From the human T2T-CHM13v2.0 reference genome, Homo sapiens: a stretch of 64,000 nt of DNA. A program made the position numbers and the translations under genes. Where the stretch lies: assembly GCF_009914755.1 (NCBI RefSeq), contig NC_060947.1. One strand, 5' to 3'. Shown here piece by piece: positions 1-14,093 of the stretch; position 1 is the stretch's first letter, and the number at the start of each line of letters is the position of its first letter. The notes under the pieces are model-generated. The model was not told the DNA's origin. It worked only from the letters and a program-made list of their open reading frames with translations, and made no database searches.

Positions 1-287
1 AAAAACAAAAGCCTGACAACATTTGGTCAAGTTAGTGGGCATTTTGTTTTGATTTGTCAGTGGAGACAAACATTTCAGCTAATCACTTATGGGACAAAAG
101 GTGGAACTGTGGAGGGTCTTTATCTGGCCTTGTCATAGGTATTCAAGGGTACATTCACCAGAGTCTTAGTCATATGGGGAGAGTGGTTTATGACAGTAAA
201 ACATTTTAGGGAATACAAAAGGGTAGGAGAAATATTTCTTAACTGTCATTCGTTTCCAAGAGCACAGGGCTCAGGTAAAGTTCAGCA
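1..287 (-). mobile_element. ERV1-class LTR fragment, MER67-like, cut by the window start
   Basis: The minus strand begins TGCTGAACTTTACCTGAGCCCTGTGCTC, resembling the MER67 5' end as recalled. Confidence 0.5.
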
Positions 288-579
288 CTGTTAAGGGAAA
301 AGACTTGTAAATCACCAATTAAGCAAGCATGCAAATCCGTGCTCTTGTGCAGGATTGTTCAAAGACCTTTGAGAGTAAACAGGGGAGCACCCCTAACTGA
401 GGGTCAGGTAGGTGTCACAGGAAATTCACATTGTAGCTGGGCCTAGTGGAATAATCGTTTTCTTTGCCAGGACCACACCACCTTTCTTCTAGCTGTTTGT
501 CTATCCCCTACCCTATGACCTTCACCAATGTATCCTCTAACTATGATGTAAAAGTTAGAACTATCACTTTGCAATTTCA

Positions 580-1670
<1,091 letters not shown>

Positions 1671-1671
1671 G

Positions 1672-2059
1672 TGCTATAGTTTGAATATCCCCTCTGAAAC
1701 AAATGCTGAAATTTAATTGCTATTATAGTGGTGTTAAGGAGTAAGATCTTTAAGAGGTGATTAGGTTATAAGAGCTTCACCCTCATGAAAGGACTAATGT
1801 CTTTATCTTGGGAATTGGTTAGTTTATCAAAGGAATGGGTTCCTCATAATGAGGATGTGATCAGCCCAATTCCTCTCTCTGTCTTGCACACAGATTTCAT
1901 CATGCGATGTCTTCCATCATGGCATGACCCTCACCCGATGTGGGCACCATGCGCTTGGACTTCTCAGCCTCCAGAATGATGAACCAAATATATTTATATG
2001 GTTTATAAATTACCCAGTTTGTGGTATTCTGTTATAGCTGCAAAAAATGAACTAAGACA
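1672..2059 (+). mobile_element. ERVL-MaLR solo LTR (MST-type)
   Basis: Starts TGCTATAGTTTGAAT, ends CTAAGACA; MaLR GACTTCTCAGCCTCCAGAA motif; imperfect 5-bp TSD ATTGG/GTTGG. Confidence 0.85.
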
Positions 2060-2184
2060 GTTGGTTTGGCACAAAAGAGTGGCAGAAAAGGAAAAAAATA
2101 GAGACAAGTAGAGATGTCAGCTGAAGAGAAATACTCAGTAGCTTCCTGTCATTACATCATAGCCAACTTTACACTTTCCCTGTC

Positions 2185-2617
2185 TGTGGTGTTTAATGCT
2201 GAGTGAGTGTCAACTTGATTGGATTGAAGGATGCAAAGTGTTGATCCTATGTGTGTCTGTGAGGTTGTTGCCAAAGGAGATTAACATTTGAGTCAGTGGG
2301 CTGGGAAAGGCAGACCCACCATTTATCTGGGTGGGCACCATCTAATCAGCTGCCAGTGTGGCTAGAATATAAAGCAGGCAGAAAAACATGAAAAGACTAC
2401 ACTGGCCTAGCTTCCCAGCCTACATCTTGCTCCTGTGCTGGATGCTTCCTGCCCTCAAACATCAGACTCCAAGTTCTTCAGTTTAGGGACTCGGTCTGAC
2501 TCTCCTTGCTCCTCAGCTAGCGGACGGCCTATTGTGGGATCTTGTGATCGTGTGAGCTAATACTTAATGAATATATATGTATATGTTCTGTTCCTCTACT
2601 GAACTCTGACTAATACA
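2185..2617 (+). mobile_element. MLT2A (HERV-L) solo LTR, MLT2A2-like
   Basis: TGTGGT...GTCAACTTGATTGGATTGAAGGATGCAAAG...GACTAATACA; exact TSD CTGTC at 2180-2184 and 2618-2622. Confidence 0.92.
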
Positions 2618-3528
2618 CTGTCCTTCACATGGGTTCCTGAGATTCTTTAGCACTTCCTAGAAAATTCCCTTTTTGTCTAACCTAATCCAGTTTGGACTTT
2701 TTTTCTCTTGCCATCACAAGAGGCCTGAAGAATGCCAACATGCCTAGCACCATTTCTCACCATCCCTTCATATATACTGCCTTGCATGCATCCCAGACAC
2801 TTGTTTCTCTGTACCTTTGCTTAGGCTATCTCCCTGACCTTCTCTGCTACTTTTCCAAATTCACCTATACATTAGCACTAAGATTTATTGTCATCTTCCC
2901 CACTACTGATTTCTACAGGTGGAATTAAGCTCTCGCAATTTCTTCTTCTCCCTATGGCATTCACCTCTTTCAAGAACATCTAATATTTACCTGTGTATAT
3001 GTCTTACTTGCACAAGTCTTGTGTTCACTGGACTGTAAGACGTGTGGACAGGTACCACATCTTATCCACGTCTGTGAATAAGGGGCTTGTACATAATCAA
3101 TGCATCCTGATTCTTCAATTAATAAACGCCTTTCTCCCTCACTATCTTCATTCAAACCATCTCTATGTTACTGATCACTTGGTCTCTAACACTTCAGGTC
3201 GTCACTGACTTTTCTTGTTCCCTATCCGCTGAATCCAATTATTTGCCTTTTTATGTGTTTCTCCTCTCATCTTCTAGGCCTGTTTCAGTTATCCTCTGCA
3301 GTAATATTTTCCAAACTTTTATTCCATCCCACCAGATTTCATGGATTTGATACTCTAATTAGTAAAAATCATACTAGAAACGATTCTGAAAGGCAGGGGT
3401 GAAGGTACGATTTAAAAGACACATACGTGGTTACCCCTTCCCTAAAATTTTGTTTCACCTTTCAAGGTGGAGCATGCCTTTGTACTCCCCAGTTGACAAC
3501 TACTGATCTGTACTATATCAATAGCATC

Positions 3529-3973
3529 TGTGGTGATTATTGTTCATCAAACAGTCACTCCTTTCCCTTTAACTTCCATGGGAAGAGTCTTTTTTTTCCT
3601 GCCTCGTTGATGTTGGGCTTCCTTTTGTACCTGCTTTGGTCAATGATAAGACACAAGCAGGGGCTTGATATATACTTGTGTAGTTGGGCTTGTCCTCTTG
3701 TACTGGTGACAATGCTAGGTGAAGAGCTTCCCCTGAATGTCCAGTTTCCCCTAAATATCCCAGAAGAATAAGGGACAAATCAAAAAGATAGAACTGAACC
3801 TTCAATTCGATAATAAAACCGCCCAGATCAGTCTAGATCAGCCAACCCACGCACCTGCAGTCTAAAGCAGAGCCTATGCAATTGACCTACAGACCCATCG
3901 GCTGAAGTAGCCAACCTGCAGTGTATGCAGCTGAGTTTGAAGGCAGTATTTTAGGCAGCAAAAGTTGACTGAT
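3529..3973 (+). mobile_element. Old MaLR LTR (MLT1H/I/J-like)
   Basis: TGTGGTGATTATT start; CTAGATCAGCCAAC, CTGAGTTT and TTGACTGATA MLT1-type motifs. Confidence 0.6.
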
Positions 3974-4029
3974 ATTTTAATTTTCTAATTATCTTTATAA
4001 TATCCTAATTATCTTCTTGCCTTCATAAT

Positions 4030-4690
4030 TCTCTCTCCAATCTCCACAAATTAGCAGACTCATCTTCCCAAAATAAAAATGTCAGATAATGTCTCTCCTT
4101 TCTCAAAAATCTTCAATGGCTCCCCATTGCCTGCAGAAAAAAAAAGTCAAACATCTTAACATGTCCTCCAAAGTTTTCAATAATTTGACTCTAAACTAAC
4201 CCTCTCACATCTCATTTGCTGTCATAACCATTAATATATTTATTGATTCAACAAATATCTGTTTACCACATACTACCTTCTAGGTACTATGCTACGCATT
4301 GGTGATAAAAGATAAACAGAATATAGATCCTGTGCTCCAGAAGCTCTTATTTTAGTTGTAGGTTACAGATAAGAAAACATGCCTTTTTGATTCAAGGTGC
4401 CAAGGGCTGAAATGCATTAGCACAGTGTACTATGGGGATATATAGGTGGGGCTTCTTAGGGGAGGTGGTGAATAAGCTGATATCTAAGATAAGAACAGAA
4501 GTCAACATGACAAAGAGAGGAATAAAGAGTGTTTTAGACAGAGGAATGCAAACTGCCTTGTCCATTTAGTTCACCATGTCACATAAAATATTAAGAAAGA
4601 AAGGGAGTCTATGGTGTGAGTTAAGGCTAGAGAGTCTGGCAAAGGCCCAGCCATACTGGTTATGTAGACCATGGTAAAGAGTTTACATTT
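4030..4690. mobile_element. L2 fragments in both orientations
   Basis: TCTTCAATGGCTCCCCATTGCC (+) and ATTCAACAAATAT...TAGGTACTATGCTA (-). Confidence 0.55.
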
Positions 4691-4699
4691 TGTAGGAGC

Positions 4700-6225
4700 C
4701 ATACACCATGATACAGAAAAGTGTGGGATATATAGTCAAAATGCCTGGGTGTGTTTTCCAGCTTTGTCACTGGAACCAGTGTACAAGTGTACCAGTGTAC
4801 AAGTTTGGGCAAATTTTAAAAATCTCCTTTTGCTTCCATTTTTAATCTGTAAATTAGGGACAATTGTAGTGCCTACAACATAAAGTTGCCAGAAGAAAAG
4901 ATTGGGGAAAAGTTTTATGATACTGATCTTGCCAACATTTGTTTGATATCATGCCAAAATCTCAGGCAACCAAAGCAAAAATAAACAAGTAGGACTATAT
5001 CAAACCAAAAAAGCTTCTGCACATCAAAGGAAACAACCAACAAAGTGAAAAAGGTAGCCTACAAACTGGGAGAAAATGTTTGCACACCATATATCAGATA
5101 AATGGTAAATATCTAGAATGTAATTTTTAAAACTCACATAGCTCAATAGCAGAACAAAAAAAAAACCTGATTAAAAATGGACATAGGACCTGAATAGACA
5201 TTTTTTCAAAGAAGACATAAAAATGGCCAACAGATGTATGGAAAGGTGCTCAACATCACTAAGCATCAGGAAAATACAAATAGAAACAACAACCTATCAC
5301 CTCACACCTGCTAGGATTGTTATTATCAAAAAGACAAGAGATAAGTGTTGGTAAGGATATAGAGAAAAGGGAATTCTTATACACTATTGGTGGCAATGTA
5401 AATTGGTACAGCCGTTATAAAAAACATAATGGAGCTTCCTAAAAAAATTGAAACTAGAACTGCCATATGATCTAGCAATTCCTGTGCTGGGTGTATACTC
5501 AAAGGAAACAATCAGCACCTATAGACATATCTGCAGTCCTGTGTTCACTGCTGCATTACTTACAATGTCCAAGACATGGAAATAATATAAATGCTTGTGT
5601 ATATATAAATAGATAAAGGAAATGTGGTATATACATACAATGGAATATTGCTCAGCCTTTAAAATGGAAATACTGCCAATGAGCCCAGGGGACATTATGC
5701 TAAATGAAATAAGTCAAGCATAGAAAGAAATACTAAATTATCTCACTTATATGGAGAATCTAAAAAAAAAAAAAAAAAAGCTAATGCATAGAAACAGATA
5801 GAATCCTGGTTACCAGGAGCAGGAAGAGGGAGGAACTAGGAATAAGTAGGTAAATGGTTAGATAGAAACTTGCGTTTATTAGAAGGAATAATTCTGAAGA
5901 TCTAATGTACAGCATGACAACTATAGTTAATGATATTGTATTATATACTGAGTATTTGCTAAGAGAGTAGACTTTAGGTACTCTTAACACACACGCACAA
6001 ACGGTAACTATAGTAGGTGATGGATAGGTGAATTTGCTTGACTACAGTAATAATTTCACTATGTATATGTATATCAAAACATCATGTCGTACATCTTACA
6101 AATATATACTACAAAACATTAATCTGGGGTTCAATAAATAGTATAAATGGCAAAAAAAGAGTTAATTTAAATGGCACCTTCTAAGTGCTTAGAACAATGA
6201 CTGGTAGGTAAGAAGCACTCAGAAA
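4700..6225 (+). mobile_element. MIR split by a 5'-truncated L1MA (L1MA8/9-like, about 4900-6150)
   Basis: MIR core (GGGCAAATT..TCTGTAAATTAGGG) before the L1 and MIR tail (AAGTGCTTAGAACAATGACTGG) after it; L1 ORF2 end and L1MA 3' UTR in between. Confidence 0.8.
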
Positions 6226-6259
6226 CCCCAGGTCTTGCTTCTGTGGGGTGAAGGATATA

Positions 6260-6845
6260 GAGGGGCTCAGGATGATGCCCAGGATTCTAGCTGGAGTATC
6301 CAGGTAGCTGAGGGGCTGGCCACTAGGATAGCAAAGACTAGAAGAATATTCTGTGCAGAGAGAATGATGAATTCAGTATGTCATATTTTGAGCTTGGGGT
6401 CCCTTTGAGTCAGAGGGACATGGCAGGTAAGCAGTGGAGACAGCCCTCAGGAGGTACATGCTCCAGCCACACTGAACCACCTAATATCCCGAGAACACCA
6501 AACTTCCCCACCCCTCTCTGCTTTTACACACACTATTCTCTCAGCTGGAACATCCCTCTTCTATCAAAATCCAATCCATCCTTCAAAGGTTAGGTCATAA
6601 TGTACCTCTACCATGAAGCCTTCCTTGTGCCCTATAGCTCAGCGCCTGCTCAAGCAGCACATTCCCTTTATGTTACAGCATTAAGGATGTGATATTCTAG
6701 TTAGTCACTTTCATACCTGCCTCCTCCACTAGATTGTAAGCTCCGTGGGAACTGGGTGGGACTTGGTATAACTCTCCTGTCTCTTCCATCATCCAGCCCA
6801 GAGAAAACACGTAGTAGGCATTCAGTGCATATGCATTAACTTGAA
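6260..6845. mobile_element. L2 fragments
   Basis: CTAGATTGTAAGCTCC and GTAGTAGGCATTCAG L2 3' end motifs. Confidence 0.55.
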
Positions 6846-7544
6846 TTTAAAAAGCATTCTCTATTAAGGAAAAATTTCCATGACAGAGTAGGGGTGGTAG
6901 TCGGGTTTTCCTGGCCGAATTTGTTTCCGTCCAAAGACCACAGAAAACAGCTAAAGCTCCAAGATTCCTCTCTGTGTTCCTCATCTCTGTTGGGGCAGGA
7001 CTGTGGGACATAAAGTCATTTATAAAGTGCTAGAGTTTGGTGAGCTTCCACCACAGCCCACCCCTGTTGCCCTCTGGTGCTGACTCTAGGTGCTCACTTT
7101 GACCTCCTACTCTGGGTATAATCCTGCTGCTGGCTTTGCTGTTTCCATGTCTCACCACTGGAATCCTAAAGTCTTTCTTGCACTGATCTTTTGCTTTCAC
7201 TTTGCCCACTACTGTGGTCCTGATTATTCTCTCCCATTTCTCATCCACCATCCCTTCTCTCTGTGGAGTTTCTTTCCAAGAGTCTGTCTCTTGTTAGGGA
7301 ATGGAATCCCACAGCTGTTCTGACATCAGTCTTTCATGCAATCTCAGTGAGGCCAATACCAGAAAAGCATGCTTAAATAGCACTGCTGTCGCTCAGCAAC
7401 ACTGGACATAGTCAGTCACGGCGTCCTTTGCGGAATGCTCTTTTTTTCTTTGCTCCCAGGACCCCACAGCTTCCTAGTTTTCTGTCATGCTGTCTGCTCA
7501 CCATTTCCCTTTTTTGCAGGTATTTTATCTTCTAAGTTACCTAA

Positions 7545-7710
7545 ACAGTAGACACTCTCACAGTTTAATGTAAATAAGAATAACCTAAGAACTTCAAAAT
7601 GGATATTCCTTGAGTCCTGACCACAAAAATTTTGACTCAGAAGGTCTGGGATGGGGCCTAAGAGTCTGAATGTTAACAAGCACCTCAGGAGATTCTGATG
7701 CAGAATGCGC
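7545..7710. mobile_element. MER5-type hAT-Charlie DNA transposon
   Basis: GACTCAGAAGGTCTGGGATGGGGCC...TTAACAAGCACCTCAGGAGATTCTGATGCA. Confidence 0.75.
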
Positions 7711-7944
7711 ACAGTACAGATGACACTGAAAAGGAAAGCTCTGAAGCACCTGCAGTCATTGCAGGGTCTTGTTTTTTTTTCATTCTGTGACCTTCCTCCA
7801 TGACCTTCAGTTTCAAAACGATAGTAATTCTCAATCCTGTCTGTGGCCTAAGCTTCTCCTCAGAGATCCTGTTGAACAAAGTCAACAATCTGACAATTTG
7901 AAGATTCTCAGCCATTTCAAATTTAACACGTCCAAAATGGAACT

Positions 7945-7949
7945 TTATT

Positions 7950-7984
<35 letters not shown>

Positions 7985-8271
7985 CTTTTTGAGACAGAGT
8001 CTCACTCTTGTCTCCCAAGCTGGAGTGCAGTGGCACAATCTTGGCTCACTGCAATCTCTGTCCCCCGAGCTCAAGCGATTCTCCCGCCTCAGCCTCCTGA
8101 GTAGCTAGGATTACAGGCGCATGCCACCACACCCGGCTAATTTTTTATTTTAGAAGAGATGGTGTTTCACCATGTTGCCCAGGGTGGTTTTGAACTCCTG
8201 AGCTCAGGCAATCCGCCCACCTCAGCTTCCTAAAGTGTTAGGATTACAGGCGTGAGCCACCATGCCCGGCC
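7945..8271 (-). mobile_element. Alu (Sz/Jb-like) inserted in an L2
   Basis: (TTTA)n tail; TSD CCAAAATGGAACT / CCAAAATGAAACT. Confidence 0.93.
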
Positions 8272-8725
8272 ACCAAAATGAAACTCTTTGTCTCGTAATG
8301 TCTACCCTCCACAGCCACTGCTAACCTAGAGGTCCTCATCTCAGAGAATGGCATCTTTATCAGCGCAGGTGCTCATGGCACAGAACTCAGGGTTTTCCTT
8401 GATTCCACTGTCACCCTCGACCTTCATATCCAGTATATTGGCAAGTGCTATGGAGTCGACATTCAAAATATAGCTCACAACCCTATTCTTCCTTCATCTT
8501 AGCTGGGATTAGGTTTATAATTGGTCGGCACTATTGCAAGAGCTTCCTGACTTCTTTCCCCACTTATACTCTGCTCCTCACCACCTCTAGTCCAGCCTCC
8601 AGAAGCAGAAGGAAGTCTGTTGGAAACAAACCTAATCATGCCACTGCACTGCTTTTAAAAAATCTTCATTGACTTCCCAAAGCACCTGAAAGTAAAACTC
8701 CTTCAAGACCCTTCAGAATCTAGCC

Positions 8726-8950
8726 AAGGGGTTGACACCTCTGGCCTGTAGGTCAAATCCATCCCCTAGTTTATTTTGGACAACAAAATTTTATTGGCAC
8801 ACAGTCACATCCATTTGTGTACCTGTCGTCTGTGTTTGCTTCTGTGCTACAACAGCAGTTAACTAGTCGAAGCATGGACAGTGTGGTCTGTAAAACCTCA
8901 AATATTTGCTATTTCAGAAAATTATTTCTGAAAAAGTTTGCCAACCCTTG
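8726..8950. mobile_element. MER58A-type DNA transposon
   Basis: Inverted termini CAAGGGGTTGAC / GCCAACCCTTG; internal TTTTATTGGCACACAGTCA. Confidence 0.8.
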
Positions 8951-9348
8951 ATCTAGGCACTGCCTACCTGACCAGTACCACATAGTGAGTTAATTCCCAC
9001 ACTGCAGTCAAAGCCCATGTTGTTCTCTCAACCTCAGAGGCCCTCCTCAACCCTACTGCTCAGCCGCTCATGAACTTCACCCCTCAAGACTTTCATTTAA
9101 ATGTGATTTCCACAAGAGAGCCTTACCTAACTGGCTCCCACTCCTTCCACTCTAATATGAATAATATGGAATGAATGAAAGCCACTAAGGAGACACCAGA
9201 CGGGACTTCCTGAGAGAAGGTTAAAGTCAGCCTCTCTCCTTATTGGTCTGAACTGTACCAGATTTACCCATGGTTAAGACTGAAGGATACCAAGGAGGTC
9301 CCCTAGTCCACTGCTTGTCCCAGGCCTGAAACACCATTATTTGACTAA

Positions 9349-9685
<337 letters not shown>

Positions 9686-11004
9686 GATGTCCTCTCTTGA
9701 AAATGTCTCAGAGTACTGACATATTTGACGGGCTTGTGAATTAGCAGCATGTGAATCTGGTATCTGAATTTGAATTATCAGAAAAAAAAAACATTGTTAA
9801 ACAGAAACAGTTTTAGTGAGGGTGGGGGCATATGGCCACTGTCACAAGAGGTAATGTTTGAATGAGGAGCTATGAGACTGCACAGGGAGCAGACAGATAA
9901 AGTGGTATCATCCATAGGCATGTGAGATGAAGAGAGAGGGAAGGCCGGAGGGTCAACAGGCCTTGGACATCAGTGTTAAGTCAAAGTAAATATTTTTATT
10001 CCCTTCTATTCTTCTCTACTAAAACATAAAATCACTTGGGCAGAGGTTATGTATATGTTTAACACTGTGACTATTTAAAAGTGAAGTACGACTCCAAAGT
10101 ATAAAACTGCTAATTTTGAATGAGTTGCTGGTACCTGAGGGAATACTCTTTGTGATTAAAGGGACCAGGAATTGCATGGTAGCCACATTCGCTGGAGCTC
10201 TAGTTAATGATATGGATGGAATAAAGAAAACCTAGAAATTGCATTTCAGAGTCATCCTGGGTGTACCCAGAATCTTTAAAAATTAATAGCATCCCAAATA
10301 AATAGAACAAACAGTCCTTGAGGTCGGAATGGTTTTATTTTCCCTTTACTTTTTTTTTTTTTTAAAAGAAAACTATCTTTATGGAATAAAATTCAAATAA
10401 ATATTTCTAATAATTTTTACAGGTCAGATAATTTGCAGTTTCTATTCTGAATATAGTCTGTTGAGCTGCAACCTGAACTGCAATTCTTTGGAATAAAGTT
10501 CAGTTCTATCTTATTGAGAGTAAATTATAAAAAAAATGCACCCAACTCCAATTAGCAAAGATGATGTTACAAGATATTAACCTTTGTGTTCCGTTTTCCA
10601 AGCTCAAGAAATATTCTCAAAATTGAAATTGAGGATTGAAATAACATATACCGGCATGTCTCAGCATTTCTAGTGTGGGGTTGTCACTACAGTGCCATCT
10701 TCAGTGTAATGTACAAAAGAATTTGTTTTTCCTTTGTAAAAAGATTAAACATCAGAGACTATTCTTTTTGAAATGCTGACACTTAAAAACACAAACATTA
10801 TATAGTGGGGGAGATTTCACTCTATGTCCCTTTTATCATGATGCCTAATACCTAACTGGTATTTTTGGAGTTATTAATATGTTATTCTACTAGTAGAGAT
10901 CATCTGCTAGTCATTAAACTACAAAGATCAATTAATTAAATATTCCAGATGAAAAATATTTGATAGTTTTGACTTGCTTGGTAAATGATTATAGTGTATA
11001 CACT

Positions 11005-11440
11005 ACAGAATCCTTGGTGTCTTAAGAGTTTCAAGTGTCCTCCAAGATCACCTAGTCCAAGCTCGCATTCAAATAAATTTTCTTGAATAACATCCATCCT
11101 CCTTGTTAGAACCATCCTCAGCTTGAACACTTCTAAGGACTAAGAGCTCTGCATTTTGTATCTAGTTCATTCCAGTTATAGAGCATTCTAAAACCTTACA
11201 GAAAATGTCCTTATGCTGCATTGGAATGTCTGCCTGAAGCTTCACCCACAGATGCTCATTTTCCTCCCTGGAACTTGCAAACAAAGCAGTGTAATGAAAA
11301 TAACTTGATCCTGCGAGTGAGGAGAATCAGGTCCTAGACCAGACTAGCTGTAATAATTTTTTGACCTTGGGCAAGTCACTTGCCCTCTCTAGCCCTAGTT
11401 ACTCTTTCAAAAGAGAAGAAATTGGGACCAAATAATCTGA
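11005..11440. mobile_element. CR1/L3 fragment followed by a MIR
   Basis: AGATCACCTAGTCCAA and CTTGAACACTTC (L3-like); TGACCTTGGGCAAGTCACTT (MIR core). Confidence 0.6.
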
Positions 11441-14087
11441 CTTGGAAATTCGGAGTACATATACTCAATCTTCCTGTGATGGTCTTTAAACATTGAAACT
11501 GACCAACAGCCTCTTAGTTTACCCCTGCTCTGATAACCTTTAAGATGAAATAAAGGTCATTCAGTGAAGTCTCAATTGGCTGTAGTAAAAATATTATGTT
11601 AGAAACTGGCCATGTCCAATGTGTTAATATTCAAATGAGCAACTGAAATCATATATGCATTTGGGATTTAAAAACAAAGTTACTGTTCACACATTCTCCA
11701 CTGCAGCCCAGCCTAGGCAACCAAGAAGAATGAGCAGAGAGTGAAAATGCTGCGTATAAACAGAGTCCTATTCCCCTTATAATGCATACACTGGAGTCTT
11801 CAAAAAGTCGACAAGTTCAAAGGGAGGTGGTAGATGTAATTTTTAATAAAATGCCTGCATTTCACTTCCTTAAAACCCTCTTTTCTTATGAACACACTAG
11901 TTATCTTCTTTATCCTGATGTTTTTATCCAGTTTCCAATACACATTTTTGTGTAACTGCTCAGTTACATATAGAAAAAAAATTCTTTTTGAATTTTCATG
12001 GTGAGAATTGATACAGCAGCATTTCAGCAGCTGTGCCAAATCTGAGAGAATGAATATTTTCTGAAGTAGAAAGTGCAAGGAGAAAATAGCAGCCATGTTT
12101 ATGGCAACACATGGCAAAGCTGCCCACATGTCAGCAATAATATCATTTCTAGTTATTGCGCGGCCCCAGAGTGAAAACTGATTTCATTGGGTCCAGCTCA
12201 CAAGCGAAGGCACTGAAGTCTAATTGCAAAGCAAGGAAACCTAAAACTTAAGAAATGACTTCCTAAAGTTGTTTTTTTCTGGTAAGTCACTCTGTCTTCA
12301 TATCATGATTTTTTTGTGTGTCAGTAGGACTTCCTTTTAAATCCATCACTTACTGTACTAAATTTTCTATATTTCTAGAAGTTATAGAAGGAAATGGACA
12401 CATAGAAGTGTGATGATTATTTCTATAAATAACTGAGATTTCAGGATGGTGATCAGCTTCTACTTTGAAAGAGAGGGATGAATAAAATAACTAGTAGCTT
12501 CTGTGGGATGGAGGACAACTGATGAATAAAAACAAAGATGCAATGTGTAAAATATACAGGCCCAAATGCTCTCCAGTATGGTAATATTACAAAGGTAAAT
12601 ATATGCCGGTATTGAGACTCCTAGATTTTTTGTCCATATTACCACCAACTACCAAAAAACAGTGAAAAAATTCTCCCTAAGCTAGCCAATGCCATAGACA
12701 GTGTTGGTTGCTTGTAACAGCAGAAGAGAAAAATTTCCAGCAGGGAGGACTTGGCAAATGTGACACATCTTGCTATGGAGCAAGGGGATCCATGGCAGAT
12801 ACATGGCTTCCTGGGGATTCGTACAGGAAATAGCTTCTGAAATAGGCACTTGATATATTTTTTTTAAAAATAAGATTTCTGAAAACAGCCCAAAAGGTCT
12901 GGCAGCTTTTTGACCACAAGTGTTTGTATCTGGGAACCCAAATGTTTGTACTAATTTATTTTGCTCCCTATCATGATGGTTTTCTGTGATATGCATTTTT
13001 CACCTCTTATTCTCATTAAACACAAATGCTACTTATCATTTTTTGACAGCTAAAACTGTATTGGGAGGCTTTGAGAATCAGTCAGTCCTTGATGTTAGTC
13101 AACTAAGAAAAAAATCCATAGGGGTTGCAAAGGTAATTAAATGTTTTAATTGACCAGTGGATTCTATAAAAGCTATAAATTACTATTGTGTTGACAAAGC
13201 CTAGATTTCATATCTGTTTAAAAGAAATAAAGCCGAGGTAAATAATAAGGAGAAAGAAATCTATAATTTGACTTATTTTATGATACATTTGTTCAGTATT
13301 TAAGTTCTGAATTCCATCTGATAAGTAAATATTTTTTCTCTTAATACTCCTTTGTTCTCCTGCTGCTCTTTAGTCATAATTTTCAACCAACTTTTCCTTC
13401 TTTAAGGGGAAAAAAACATACCTGTTCCAATAATTTCTAATTAAATCCTCATCCTGGGATTATTTTGGATTTAAATGCTCCTGCACGGTTCTCTGAATAA
13501 CGTTTGTGAAAGGTAGTAGCAGCACTGATTTGCACCTGGGCTGGTTGCCTGAAAATTGTACACAGCACTATACATTTATTAAGCATATAATTTGGAGATG
13601 ATAGTGATGAAAAATGTTAACAAAGAAAATCAAAATAAAATCTCAAGACAACAAATAACTGAAACCCAGAGAAGTCTTGGGAGATAAGCTGGGCATAATT
13701 TCTACTATATATGACAAAGTGGTCAGGTTTTAATTTCAAGTGTAGGCGAAAAAAAAAAAAAGGACAATTAATATTTAGGTCCCAATCTACTTGGATTTGA
13801 AACATCTAGGTGGTCAAGTAGGTAGTCAAGATAGAAATATTTTGTTTACATTAACTAGATAATTCCCTTTGTGTATAATTCACTATTTGCACACATTACT
13901 CTCTATCTTTCTTATGTGTATGCATGTGTATGTGTGTAGGTAGACCTGGCCTAGCCATGTAAACTAATATATTGATTGCATCAGCTAAAAACCAGACTAT
14001 TTGCATTTCTTTTTGAGCTTGAGCTTTACTAATTCCACACTAATAAACACACTGAATGGCTACAAATGTGACCTATAAGAAAAAACT

Positions 14088-14093
14088 TTTATT
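14088..14093 (-). terminator. Likely distal polyadenylation signal of SLITRK4
   Basis: AATAAA on the minus strand, upstream UGUA at about 14156-14159, downstream GU/U-rich CAGTGTGTTTATTAGTGTGG. Confidence 0.6.

Noticed and set aside
4777-4804. Tandem duplication of ACCAGTGTACAAGT, with similar small duplications near 1438 and 62501
   Set aside because: Ordinary slippage events in or near old repeats.
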